64,000 nt of DNA from Thermoanaerobaculia bacterium. GTDB taxonomy: Bacteria; Acidobacteriota; Thermoanaerobaculia; Multivoradales; UBA5704. The translations under genes were made by a program, and so were the position numbers. Under the pieces are notes generated by a model. That model was not told where the DNA came from and ran no database searches. It worked only from the letters and a program-made list of their open reading frames with translations. This document shows positions 1 through 8,384 of the stretch, piece by piece. Position 1 is the first letter of the stretch, and each line of letters starts with the position of its first letter. The DNA lies in contig JBGAGQ010000004.1 of NCBI GenBank assembly GCA_044226625.1, positions 32,001 to 96,000 of the forward strand, given 5' to 3'.

Positions 1-396
1 CGGCTCAACCCGGCCGGGCATTCCTTCTACGCGACGATCGCGACCCTCCGGGTCTCGGCCCATTTCTACATCCGGCGACGAGGAGAGCTCATCCAATTCG
101 TCCCCTGCGCCCGGCGCGCCTGGCACGCGGGGGTCTCCGTCTGGCATGGCCTGCCCGCCTGCAACGACTTCTCCGTCGGCATCGAGCTCGAGGGGTGCGA
201 CGAACGCCCGTTCACCGAGAAGCAGTACCTGCGCCTCGCGCGGCTCACCCGCATCCTCCAGGCGACGTATCCGATCGAGGACGTGGTAGGCCACTCCGAC
301 ATCGCTCCGGGACGAAAGACCGACCCGGGGCCGTGCTTCGGTTGGGGGCGCTTGCGGGCGCTCCTTTCTAGGGCAGCAACTTCCCCGGGTTCATGA
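1..396 (+). CDS. ampD: 1,6-anhydro-N-acetylmuramyl-L-alanine amidase AmpD (5'-truncated by window edge)
   Basis: My frame-1 translation (not in ORF track): ...VSAHFYIRRRGELIQFVPCARRAWHAGVS...NDFSVGIELEG...VGHSDIAPGRKTDPGPCF; typical Amidase_2/AmpD motifs; stop TGA 394-396. Confidence 0.9.
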   Translation, partial: RLNPAGHSFYATIATLRVSAHFYIRRRGELIQFVPCARRAWHAGVSVWHGLPACNDFSVGIELEGCDERPFTEKQYLRLARLTRILQATYPIEDVVGHSDIAPGRKTDPGPCFGWGRLRALLSRAATSPGS

Positions 397-1756
397 TCCC
401 GTTCGGATCGAACGCCTTCTTGATCTCCCGCATCGCCGCGATCTCCGCCGCGCTCCGGCTGTGGTGGAGCACTTTCCGCTTGAGCAGGCCGACGCCGTGC
501 TCCGCCGAGACGCTGCCGCCGAAGCGGTCGACGAGCGCGGACATCCGCTCGGTCATCCGATCGCAATGGGCGAGGAACTCCTCCCGGGAGACGCCGTCGG
601 GCGCGAGCACGTTCAGGTGGAGGTTGCCGTCGCCCATGTGGCCGTACCAAAGAACCTCCCAGCCAGGATAGCTCGCCCGGACGAGATCGTCCGCGGCGGC
701 GAGGAACTCGGGCAGCGCCGAGATCACCACGGACAGGTCGTTCTTGTAGGGCAGGCGGGGAGCGATCGACTCGGAGATCGACTCGCGCAGCTGCCAAAGC
801 CTCCGGCATTCCCCCTCGTCGGTCGCCACGACGACGTCGCCCACCTCGCCCGATGTGAGCTTCTCTTCGAGCACGGCGAGGACGGCCGGCTCGGCCGCCG
901 CGTCGACTTCGACCAAGGCATAGAAGGGATACCTTGCGGCGAGCGGCGCTTTGAGCTTTCGGGCGGCGAGCACCGCCGAGAGCGCGGTTTCGGAAAGGAA
1001 CTCGTACGCGGACGGTGGCGCGGCCCGCCGCAACGAACCGAACAGGTCGGAGAGCGGGCCGAACCCTTCAACTCCCGCAAGGAGCACGACGCGCGGACCG
1101 GGAGGCGGTACGAGCCTCAGAGTCGCTTCGACCACGATCCCGAGCGTTCCCTCGCTTCCAACGAAGAGGTGGCGTAGGTCGTAGCCCGTGGCGTTCTTGA
1201 CCAGCCCACGGTTCAGGTCGAGCAGTTCCCCCGCTCCCGTGACGACGCGGAGCCCCATCACCTGCTCGCGCATCGAGCCATAGCGCACGACCCGGACGCC
1301 GCCGGCGTTGGTCGCCACGGTGCCGCCGATCTGGGCGGAGCCCGCGGCGGCAAAGTCGATCGGGAAGAACAGCCCGCGCTCCCGGGCTTCCGCTTGGACG
1401 GCGGCGGTGACGACGCCCGCCTCGACCCGAAGCGTGCGATCGACCGGCGAGAACTCGAGAACTCGATTGAGATCCCGGAGGGAGACCACCAGCTCCCGTC
1501 GCGCCGCGACCGCGCCGCCGGAGAGGCCGGTGCGCCCTCCGGACGGAACGATCGGCAGCTGCCGCTCGTTGGCGAACCGGACCACCCGGACTATTTCCTC
1601 GACCGAGCGTGGAAACACCACCGCCAGAGGATCGGGAGGAAAGACCCGCGTCCAATCGGTACCGTAGACGGCGCGCGATTCCGGATCGTCGAGCACCCGT
1701 TCGGGTCCGAGGAGCGCGCGGAGGGCGGAGATCGTCTGGGATTCTCTGCCGGACAC
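368..1756 (-). CDS. FAD-binding oxidoreductase (D-2-hydroxyacid dehydrogenase / GlcD-like)
   Basis: PSGGRTGLSGG, GGTVATNAGG, GSEGTLGIV, GHMGDGNLH, SAEHGVG, DPNGIMNPGK motifs of FAD_binding_4 + FAD-oxidase_C. Confidence 0.9.
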   Translation of the reverse strand: MSGRESQTISALRALLGPERVLDDPESRAVYGTDWTRVFPPDPLAVVFPRSVEEIVRVVRFANERQLPIVPSGGRTGLSGGAVAARRELVVSLRDLNRVLEFSPVDRTLRVEAGVVTAAVQAEARERGLFFPIDFAAAGSAQIGGTVATNAGGVRVVRYGSMREQVMGLRVVTGAGELLDLNRGLVKNATGYDLRHLFVGSEGTLGIVVEATLRLVPPPGPRVVLLAGVEGFGPLSDLFGSLRRAAPPSAYEFLSETALSAVLAARKLKAPLAARYPFYALVEVDAAAEPAVLAVLEEKLTSGEVGDVVVATDEGECRRLWQLRESISESIAPRLPYKNDLSVVISALPEFLAAADDLVRASYPGWEVLWYGHMGDGNLHLNVLAPDGVSREEFLAHCDRMTERMSALVDRFGGSVSAEHGVGLLKRKVLHHSRSAAEIAAMREIKKAFDPNGIMNPGKLLP

Positions 1757-1762
1757 CGCGCG

Positions 1763-1771
1763 ATCGTAACA
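1763..1771 (-). promoter_or_regulatory. Extended -10 (TGnTACGAT) 6 nt upstream of GTG start; probable leaderless promoter
   Basis: Minus strand TGTTACGAT-cgcgcg-GTG; no Shine-Dalgarno. Confidence 0.55.
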
Positions 1772-1783
1772 GCGCCTCCGCCG

Positions 1784-3082
1784 CTAAGAGAGGTACTTCC
1801 TCCCGCGTGCCGCGGCGAGCAATTCCGACCGGAAATCGGGGTGGGCGATCGCGATCAGCGCCTCGGTCCGCTCGCGGATGTTCTTGCCCCAGAGGTCGGC
1901 TACCCCATACTCGGTCACCGCGAAATGGACGTCGCCGCGGCTCGTGACGACGCCGGTCCCTTCCTCGAACAGCGGCTGGATGCGCGAGACCGTTCCGCCC
2001 TTGGCGGTCGCGGGGAGCGCGATGATCGGGCGACCGCCGTGGCTGCGAGCCGCCCCGCGGATGAAGTCGACCTGGCCGCCGATGCCGGAGAAGAACTTGC
2101 CGCGGACCGTGTCGGCCGCGACCTGGCCGGTGAGGTCGATCGCAAGCGCCGAGTTAATCGCCACCATCCGATCGTTGCGCGCGATCTGCACGGGATCGTT
2201 GGTAAAACCGCTCGGCCGCATCTCGACCGCCGGATGGCCGTCCACCCAGTCGTAGAGCGCCCTCGATCCCATGACGAACGAGGTGACGATCTTTCCCGGG
2301 AGGAGGGTCTTCCGCCGCCCCGTGATCACCCCCGCATCGGCCAAGCGCATCACGCCGTCCGAGAACATCTCGGTATGGACGCCGAGATCGATCCGCTCGT
2401 CGAGCGAGGCGAGAACCGCGTCGGGAATCCGGCCGATCCCCATCTGAAGCGTCGCGCCGTCCGGGATCAGGCTCGCCACGTTCCTCCCGATCTCTCGGCA
2501 GACGTCGTCGAGCGGCTCGCTCCTGAGCTCGGGAAGGGGATCCTCGACGGGTACGAGGCGCGCGATCCGGGCGACCGGTAGGAACGAGTCACCGAGCGTC
2601 CGCGGCATGTTCGGGTTGACCTCGGCGAGGATCAGCTCCGCCGTGTCGACCGCGGCGCGGACCACGTCGACCGAGACGCCAAGGCTCACGAAACCGTGGC
2701 GGTCGGGCAACGAGACCTGGATCAACGCAGCGTCGATCTTCACCCGGCCGGAACGGATCAACGTCGGGATGTCGGACAGGAAGACCGGCATGAAGTCGGC
2801 CCGACCGGCCTGCACCGCCTCGCGGACGTTCGCGCCGATAAAGAACGCCGTGTGGCGGAACCGGCCTTCGAGACCCGGAGCCACGTACGGAGCGTGCCCG
2901 AGGGTCATGAGATGGACGACTTCGTTGCCTTCGAGGTGATGGCCGTCGTCGACCATCGCCGCGACCAGGCGCCCCGGCTCGGCGGCTCCCGAGCCGATCA
3001 AGATCCGCTGGTGGGGAGAGAGGAGGGAGATCGCCTCGGCCGGCGAAGCGATCTTCTGAGAGTAGCGCTGTTGCCAATCCAC
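1784..3082 (-). CDS. Acetyl-CoA hydrolase/transferase family (4-hydroxybutyrate CoA-transferase-like)
   Basis: TLQMGIGRIPDAV, GVHTEMFSDG, SGIGGQVDFIRGA, VTEYGVADL motifs. Confidence 0.9.
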   Translation of the reverse strand: MDWQQRYSQKIASPAEAISLLSPHQRILIGSGAAEPGRLVAAMVDDGHHLEGNEVVHLMTLGHAPYVAPGLEGRFRHTAFFIGANVREAVQAGRADFMPVFLSDIPTLIRSGRVKIDAALIQVSLPDRHGFVSLGVSVDVVRAAVDTAELILAEVNPNMPRTLGDSFLPVARIARLVPVEDPLPELRSEPLDDVCREIGRNVASLIPDGATLQMGIGRIPDAVLASLDERIDLGVHTEMFSDGVMRLADAGVITGRRKTLLPGKIVTSFVMGSRALYDWVDGHPAVEMRPSGFTNDPVQIARNDRMVAINSALAIDLTGQVAADTVRGKFFSGIGGQVDFIRGAARSHGGRPIIALPATAKGGTVSRIQPLFEEGTGVVTSRGDVHFAVTEYGVADLWGKNIRERTEALIAIAHPDFRSELLAAARGRKYLS

Positions 3083-3091
3083 GGCCGGAGT

Positions 3092-4021
3092 TTATCCGAC
3101 CGTGGTGAGAACCCTAGGCCCGGAAGGCAGAGGAGAACCGGCCGCGGGCTCGATCGTGATGACGATCGCGCGCGTCCCGGCCGGCATCGACGCGGCGGAG
3201 AGCTCGACTTTTTCGCCCACGCGCGCCGTGAAGGTACCGCCCGAAACCGCCGTCGTCTCGCCCATGAACCAGAGCTGGTAGCCCTTCCCCACCTCGGCGG
3301 CCGGGAGCCCTGAGAGCGAGAGCACCCAATGGTTGTGATCGGCCGCGACGAACAGAATGCCGCTCGCGTTCGACGCGCTCGGCTGCCCAGTCGAAGCGAG
3401 CCGGTTTACCGAAACGCCCGGATCGGTCACCAGCGAGTACTTCTCCTCCATCTCGGTGAGCTTGCCGCTCGCCTGACGCAGGCTGGATACCTCCCGCTCG
3501 GCAGCCGCGAGCTTGACGTACAGCTCGGAGACCTTGTCGGACTGCTCGTCGAGGTTGCGTACCAGGAACAAGGACAGGCCGGCAAGCGAGAGCGCGAGGG
3601 TCGCCGCGAGCGCGAGCGGCCAGCGCGCGTGGCGCCGCATGGCGGCCCGCGTGGGAACCGGCGCGGGGGCCGCGAACGGCACGACCGTGGCCCGCCTCGG
3701 CGCAAGATCCGTCGCCGCCTCGACCGTCGGCGCCGGGCTCGGAACCACGCTCGCCACGACAGGGGCCGGAGTCGCGGCGGAAGCCTCAACCGAGGGCAGA
3801 TCGAGCTCCGCGGCGACCCGTTGCCAGACCCGGGCCGCAGGCGGTTCCGGGTCGAGGGCCGCGGGGAGGAGACCCAGAACCTCGACGTAGAGCCGGCGCA
3901 AGGCGTCGTCGCCGGAGCCCGCCTCGGGCGTGTCGCCGGAGGCCAAAGCATCGATCGCGAGGAGGATAGCCCGCTCCTCGGGATCGGCCGAATCGAGCAT
4001 CAGGTCGGTGTCGGTGTTCAC
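3092..4021 (-). CDS. Anti-sigma factor, RskA-like
   Basis: Single TM segment (WPLALAATLALSLAGLSLF) and C-terminal YQLW...ITIEPAAGSPLPSGP RskA motif; coupled to upstream ECF sigma. Confidence 0.85.
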   Translation of the reverse strand: MNTDTDLMLDSADPEERAILLAIDALASGDTPEAGSGDDALRRLYVEVLGLLPAALDPEPPAARVWQRVAAELDLPSVEASAATPAPVVASVVPSPAPTVEAATDLAPRRATVVPFAAPAPVPTRAAMRRHARWPLALAATLALSLAGLSLFLVRNLDEQSDKVSELYVKLAAAEREVSSLRQASGKLTEMEEKYSLVTDPGVSVNRLASTGQPSASNASGILFVAADHNHWVLSLSGLPAAEVGKGYQLWFMGETTAVSGGTFTARVGEKVELSAASMPAGTRAIVITIEPAAGSPLPSGPRVLTTVG

Positions 4022-4611
4022 AGAAGCTCTCGGATCTCTTGACGAAGATTTTTTCGCAGTTTTTTCATCGCGAGGAGGGTTCGGGTCTTCACCGTGCCCA
4101 GCGGAATACCGGTCCGCTCGGAGATCTCGCTCTGCGTCAGGCCGTCAAAAAAGGCCATTTCCAGGGCTTGTCGTTGCTCGGGGGGCAGGGCGAGAAGCTC
4201 GGACCGCACGCGTCCCTCTCTCTGTCGATCTAATACGGTTATCGCCCCCTCCGGGGATGTATACGCCTCACCCGATTCCTGATGTGCCGCGCTGTGGACC
4301 TTCTCGATCACTCGCCGATTGCGCAGCCGATCGATCGCGCGGCTGCGCATGATCAGCACCAGCCACGTCGCCACCGAAGATCGCTCCGGGTCGTACCGGA
4401 GATGCTCTTGCCAGACTCGAACGAACACCTCCTGTAGTACCTCCTCGGCGTCCTCGAGGTTGGCGAGGATCCGCTTGCCCAAGGCGAGGAGCACCGAAGC
4501 GTGGCGTCGATAGAGCTCTTCGAGCGCCTCCGGTTGACGCTCGCCGATTCGGCGCATCAATGCGGCGTCGGAAACCGGCGCAATAGCGGGTTCTGGGCTG
4601 GGAGCGGACAT
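4018..4611 (-). CDS. ECF sigma-70 factor (SigK-like)
   Basis: DAEEVLQEVFVRVW, region 4 TQSEISERTGIPLGTVKTR; start moved to ATG at 4611. Confidence 0.9.
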   Translation of the reverse strand: MSAPSPEPAIAPVSDAALMRRIGERQPEALEELYRRHASVLLALGKRILANLEDAEEVLQEVFVRVWQEHLRYDPERSSVATWLVLIMRSRAIDRLRNRRVIEKVHSAAHQESGEAYTSPEGAITVLDRQREGRVRSELLALPPEQRQALEMAFFDGLTQSEISERTGIPLGTVKTRTLLAMKKLRKNLRQEIRELL

Positions 4612-4856
4612 CGATTGCGGGGGTCGATCGGGTCTGGCTGGGTCCAGGCTGAGTCGATTTGCCTCGGTCGAGGCCAACAAGGGAAAACTCCTCTGAAGGA
4701 CCCTAGGATAGCATGCCACTCGACACTCCAGCGAAGGCGTCCCGAAGGCGAACGTTCGGCTTCCATGGCGTCGACGCTCCGGACGCGAGGCCGCTCCGCG
4801 GTCGCGCAAATGCCGGTCCTTTCCGGACTTCCATCGATAGAGAGCGAGCTCCACCC

Positions 4857-5255
4857 ATGATCGACGATTCCATTCGCCAACCGGCGATTCGCGTGCTGAT
4901 GATGCCCAAGGACACCAACGCCCTGGGGACCATTTTCGGCGGCATCATCCTGTCTTACATCGACCAGGCGGGAGCGGTCGAAGCGTATCGCTACGGCACC
5001 GGACGTCTGGTCACCGTGGCGATGCGTGAGGTGGTCTTCCACCAACCGGTCTTTGTCGGCGACCTGGTGTCGTTCTTCACCTACACCGAGCGATTGGGCC
5101 GGACGTCAATCACCGTTCGCGTAGTCGTCGAGGCGGAGCGCCAACGCGGCGAGCAGGCGCACGTGCGCGTCAAGGTCACCGAGGCCGAGGTCGTCTACGT
5201 CCATGTCGACGCCCAAGGGAAACCGGCGCCCATGGAACCCTCAAGCCCGGCATGA
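4857..5255 (+). CDS. Acyl-CoA thioesterase (hotdog fold, YciA-like)
   Basis: MMPKDTNALGTIFGGIILSYIDQAG, FHQPVFVGD; start at ATG 4857. Confidence 0.9.
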   Translation: MIDDSIRQPAIRVLMMPKDTNALGTIFGGIILSYIDQAGAVEAYRYGTGRLVTVAMREVVFHQPVFVGDLVSFFTYTERLGRTSITVRVVVEAERQRGEQAHVRVKVTEAEVVYVHVDAQGKPAPMEPSSPA

Positions 5256-6463
5256 GCACGAGCTACTCCGGCACCTCGGAGATCGAGCGCTTTCCCCGCT
5301 TGGTCCGCCAGTATGACGGGCTACGGCAGGTCGTCGAGGAGATCTCGAGCGAGCTCGAGCTGCGCCCGCTGCTCACGTCGATCGTCCGCCATGCATGCGA
5401 GCTGCTCGACGCATGGGACGGCTCGATCGGCCTCCACGACGAGCGACTCGGGGTCTTCCGGACCGAGGCTATCTATCGCATGCCGCTCGCCGAGCTGGGA
5501 CGCGAGATGGGCCCCGGAGTGGGGCTCGCCGGCCTCGTGCTCGAACGGCGCGCCGCCGTGGTGCTCGAACGCTACGATCAGGCTCCCCTTCCTCTTCTTC
5601 CGGAGCTCGCCGCCAACGCCGTCATCGGCATGCCGATCCTCTGGCGCGAGCGCCTGATCGGATTTTTCGGCATCGGAGCGCCGCCTCCGCGACGGTTCGA
5701 CGGCGAAGACGTCGAGATCCTCAGCTTGTTTGCCCGCCACGCCGCGGTGGCGATCGAGAACGCCCGGCTCTACGAGCAGGCGCAGCAGACCGCCGTTCTC
5801 GAAGAGCGCAACCGCCTCGCACGCGAGCTGCACGACTCCGTGACGCAGAAACTGTTCAGCCTGTCGCTCATCGCCCAGACCCTCACCTCCGCCTGGAAGC
5901 GCGACCCGGAGGAAGGAGAACGGCGGACCGCGCGGCTGGTCGAGCTTTCCGGCACGGCGCTCGCCGAGATGCGGAGCCTCCTCGACGAGCTACGGCCCCA
6001 GACCTCGCGCGCCGATGCGACACCGCCGACGACCGGCGGCCCGGGCCTCCCCGGGGGGCTCCTCCTCGAGCTGCGCAAGCTGCTCCGCGAGCACGGCAAG
6101 GACGGGCTCAAGGTCGGCTTTCTCTTGCGCGGCTACGAGGAGGAGGACGAGGCGCTGGAGCACGCGCTCTTCCGCGTGGCCCAAGAAGCCCTCGCTAACG
6201 TGGCCAAGCACGCGCGGGTCGAAGAAGCGACGCTCCTGCTCGGCAAGGAAGGATCTCGGATCGAGCTCCGCGTGGTCGACGCCGGTGTGGGCTTTCATCC
6301 GGCCCGACGGAGCAGGTCGAAAGACGCCGGCGCGCGCGGCGGCTTGGGGATCCTCGCGATGCGCGAGCGGATGGAACGCTGCGGCGGCGAGCTGCGCCTC
6401 GAGTCCCGTCCAGGCGGTGGAACCGTCGTCCGCGCAACCGTCTATCGGAGGGAGAAGTCATGA
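5252..6463 (+). CDS. Cytoplasmic GAF-domain sensor histidine kinase (HisKA_3)
   Basis: GAF then ERNRLARELHDSV (phospho-His), QEALANVAKHA, DAGVGF, GLGILAMRER; no TM segment. Confidence 0.9.
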   Translation: MSTSYSGTSEIERFPRLVRQYDGLRQVVEEISSELELRPLLTSIVRHACELLDAWDGSIGLHDERLGVFRTEAIYRMPLAELGREMGPGVGLAGLVLERRAAVVLERYDQAPLPLLPELAANAVIGMPILWRERLIGFFGIGAPPPRRFDGEDVEILSLFARHAAVAIENARLYEQAQQTAVLEERNRLARELHDSVTQKLFSLSLIAQTLTSAWKRDPEEGERRTARLVELSGTALAEMRSLLDELRPQTSRADATPPTTGGPGLPGGLLLELRKLLREHGKDGLKVGFLLRGYEEEDEALEHALFRVAQEALANVAKHARVEEATLLLGKEGSRIELRVVDAGVGFHPARRSRSKDAGARGGLGILAMRERMERCGGELRLESRPGGGTVVRATVYRREKS

Positions 6464-7110
6464 CCGCGACCATCCGGGTCCTCGTCGCCGACGATCACGA
6501 GATCGTGCGCGAAGGGCTCTCGACCCTATTTTCCGAAGAACCCGATTTCGCCGTCGTCGGCGAAGCGAGAGACGGCGAAGAGGCGGTGGCGAAGGCGCTC
6601 GAGCTCGCGCCCGACGTCGTCCTGATGGACCTCATGATGCCTCGCCTCGACGGCATCGAGGCGACCCGCCGCATCCTCGCGCAGGCTCCGGGGACCCACG
6701 TGCTCGTCCTCACCTCCTACGCCGACGAGCCGCACGTCCGCCGCGCGATCGCCGCGGGCGCGCAGGGCTTCCTGCTCAAGGACGTCCTCAAGGAAGAGCT
6801 CTTGCGCTCGATCCGGAATGTCGCCGACGGGCGGCCCGCGCTCCACGCCGAGGCTCAACGCCACCTGATGCGGCGCGTCGTCGGCGGAGGCCGCCCCGTG
6901 GCCGAAGAGCTTACCGAGCGTGAGCTGTCCGTCCTCCAACTGATCGGCCGCGGGCGATCGAACAAGGAGATCGCGAAGACCCTCCACCTCTCGGAAGGGA
7001 CGGTCAAAGGGCACGTCTCCGCCATCCTCTCGAAGATCGGGGTCGAGGACCGCACCCAGGCGGCGCTCTTCGCCGTGCGCGAAGGGTGGGTACCGCTCCG
7101 GGACGACTGA
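6460..7110 (+). CDS. NarL/LuxR-family response regulator
   Basis: VADDH, DVVLMD, LLK receiver; LTERELSVL...SNKEIA...TVKGHV HTH; ATGA overlap with kinase. Confidence 0.93.
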   Translation: MTATIRVLVADDHEIVREGLSTLFSEEPDFAVVGEARDGEEAVAKALELAPDVVLMDLMMPRLDGIEATRRILAQAPGTHVLVLTSYADEPHVRRAIAAGAQGFLLKDVLKEELLRSIRNVADGRPALHAEAQRHLMRRVVGGGRPVAEELTERELSVLQLIGRGRSNKEIAKTLHLSEGTVKGHVSAILSKIGVEDRTQAALFAVREGWVPLRDD

Positions 7111-7196
7111 CGACTGCGAGCGTGGACCCGTCCCGCACCGAAAGCGATTCCGCGGCGCGTCCGATACAATCCGCGCCGAACGCGAGGAGACCCCCG

Positions 7197-8324
7197 ATGA
7201 GCCATTCCCAGAGCCGGCACCTCGCCGGCAAACGCATCTTTCCCGAGCCGCTCACCGGCACGGAGAGCCTGGTCGAGGTGATCGACCGGGCGTTCACCGC
7301 CTACAACGGCGCGCGGCTGCGCGAGGCCTGCGAGCTGCTGACGCGAAAGATGCTCCAGGCCGACGTCACGGTCGGCATGTCGCTCTCCGGCGCGCTCACT
7401 CCCGGTGGCTACGGCAAGTCTTGCCTGGTGCCGCTAATCGATGCGGGGGCGATCGACTGGATGATCTCGACCGGGGCGAACCTCTACCACGACACCCACC
7501 ACGCGATCGGACTCAAGCTCCACCGGGGCAACCCCGCCTGGAACGACGTCGCACTCCGCGAGGAGGGGGTCGTGCGCATCTACGACATCGTGTTCGACTA
7601 CTCGGTCCTGCTCGAGACCGACAAGTTCTATCGGATGGTGATGCGCCAACCGGAGTTCGACCGGCCGATGTCGACCCCGGAGTTCCATTACCGGATCGGG
7701 CGGTACGTCGCCGCGGTCGAAGAGAAGCTCGACCTCGTCGGCACGTCGCTGCTCGCGGCGGCCTACCGCCACGCGGTGCCGATCTTCACCTCGTCGCCCG
7801 GCGACAGCTCGATCGGCATGAACGTCGCCGAGCTGTCGCTCGAAGGGTCGAAGCTCAACTTCGACATCAACGCCGACGTCAACCAGTCGGCGTCGATCGT
7901 CTGGCAGGCCAAGGAATCGGGAGGCAAGTCGGCCTGCTGGATCCTGGGTGGAGGCAGCCCCAAGAACTTCCTTCTGCAAACCGAGCCGCAAATCCAAGAG
8001 GTCCTGGGCCTCACCGAGGCGGGTCACGACTACTTCCTTCAGGTCACCGACGCACGCCCCGATACTGGCGGCCTCTCGGGCGCCACGCCGGGAGAGGCAG
8101 TCTCGTGGGGGAAGGTCGATCCCGAAAAGCTCCCGGACGCGGTCGTGGTCTACAACGACTCGACGATCGTCCTGCCGCTGCTCACCGCTTACGTCTTGGG
8201 CCAGGGAGTCCGGCGCAAACCCAAGCGGCTGTACGAGAGATTGCCCGAGTTCATGGAGCGGCTGAAGACGCAGTTCGCCGAGAAGCGGGACGAGCGGATC
8301 GCCGAAGGACAGTTCGCAGGCTAG
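7197..8324 (+). CDS. Deoxyhypusine synthase-like protein (bacterial polyamine/homospermidine synthesis)
   Basis: [35 protein letters not shown] with active-site Lys; ATG 7197 after GAGGAG. Confidence 0.88.
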   Translation: MSHSQSRHLAGKRIFPEPLTGTESLVEVIDRAFTAYNGARLREACELLTRKMLQADVTVGMSLSGALTPGGYGKSCLVPLIDAGAIDWMISTGANLYHDTHHAIGLKLHRGNPAWNDVALREEGVVRIYDIVFDYSVLLETDKFYRMVMRQPEFDRPMSTPEFHYRIGRYVAAVEEKLDLVGTSLLAAAYRHAVPIFTSSPGDSSIGMNVAELSLEGSKLNFDINADVNQSASIVWQAKESGGKSACWILGGGSPKNFLLQTEPQIQEVLGLTEAGHDYFLQVTDARPDTGGLSGATPGEAVSWGKVDPEKLPDAVVVYNDSTIVLPLLTAYVLGQGVRRKPKRLYERLPEFMERLKTQFAEKRDERIAEGQFAG

Positions 8325-8384
8325 TCGGGAAAGGCCGCAAAAAGCAGGCGTGGAAAGGCCGGTCCCCAGCCCGGCCTTACATCG

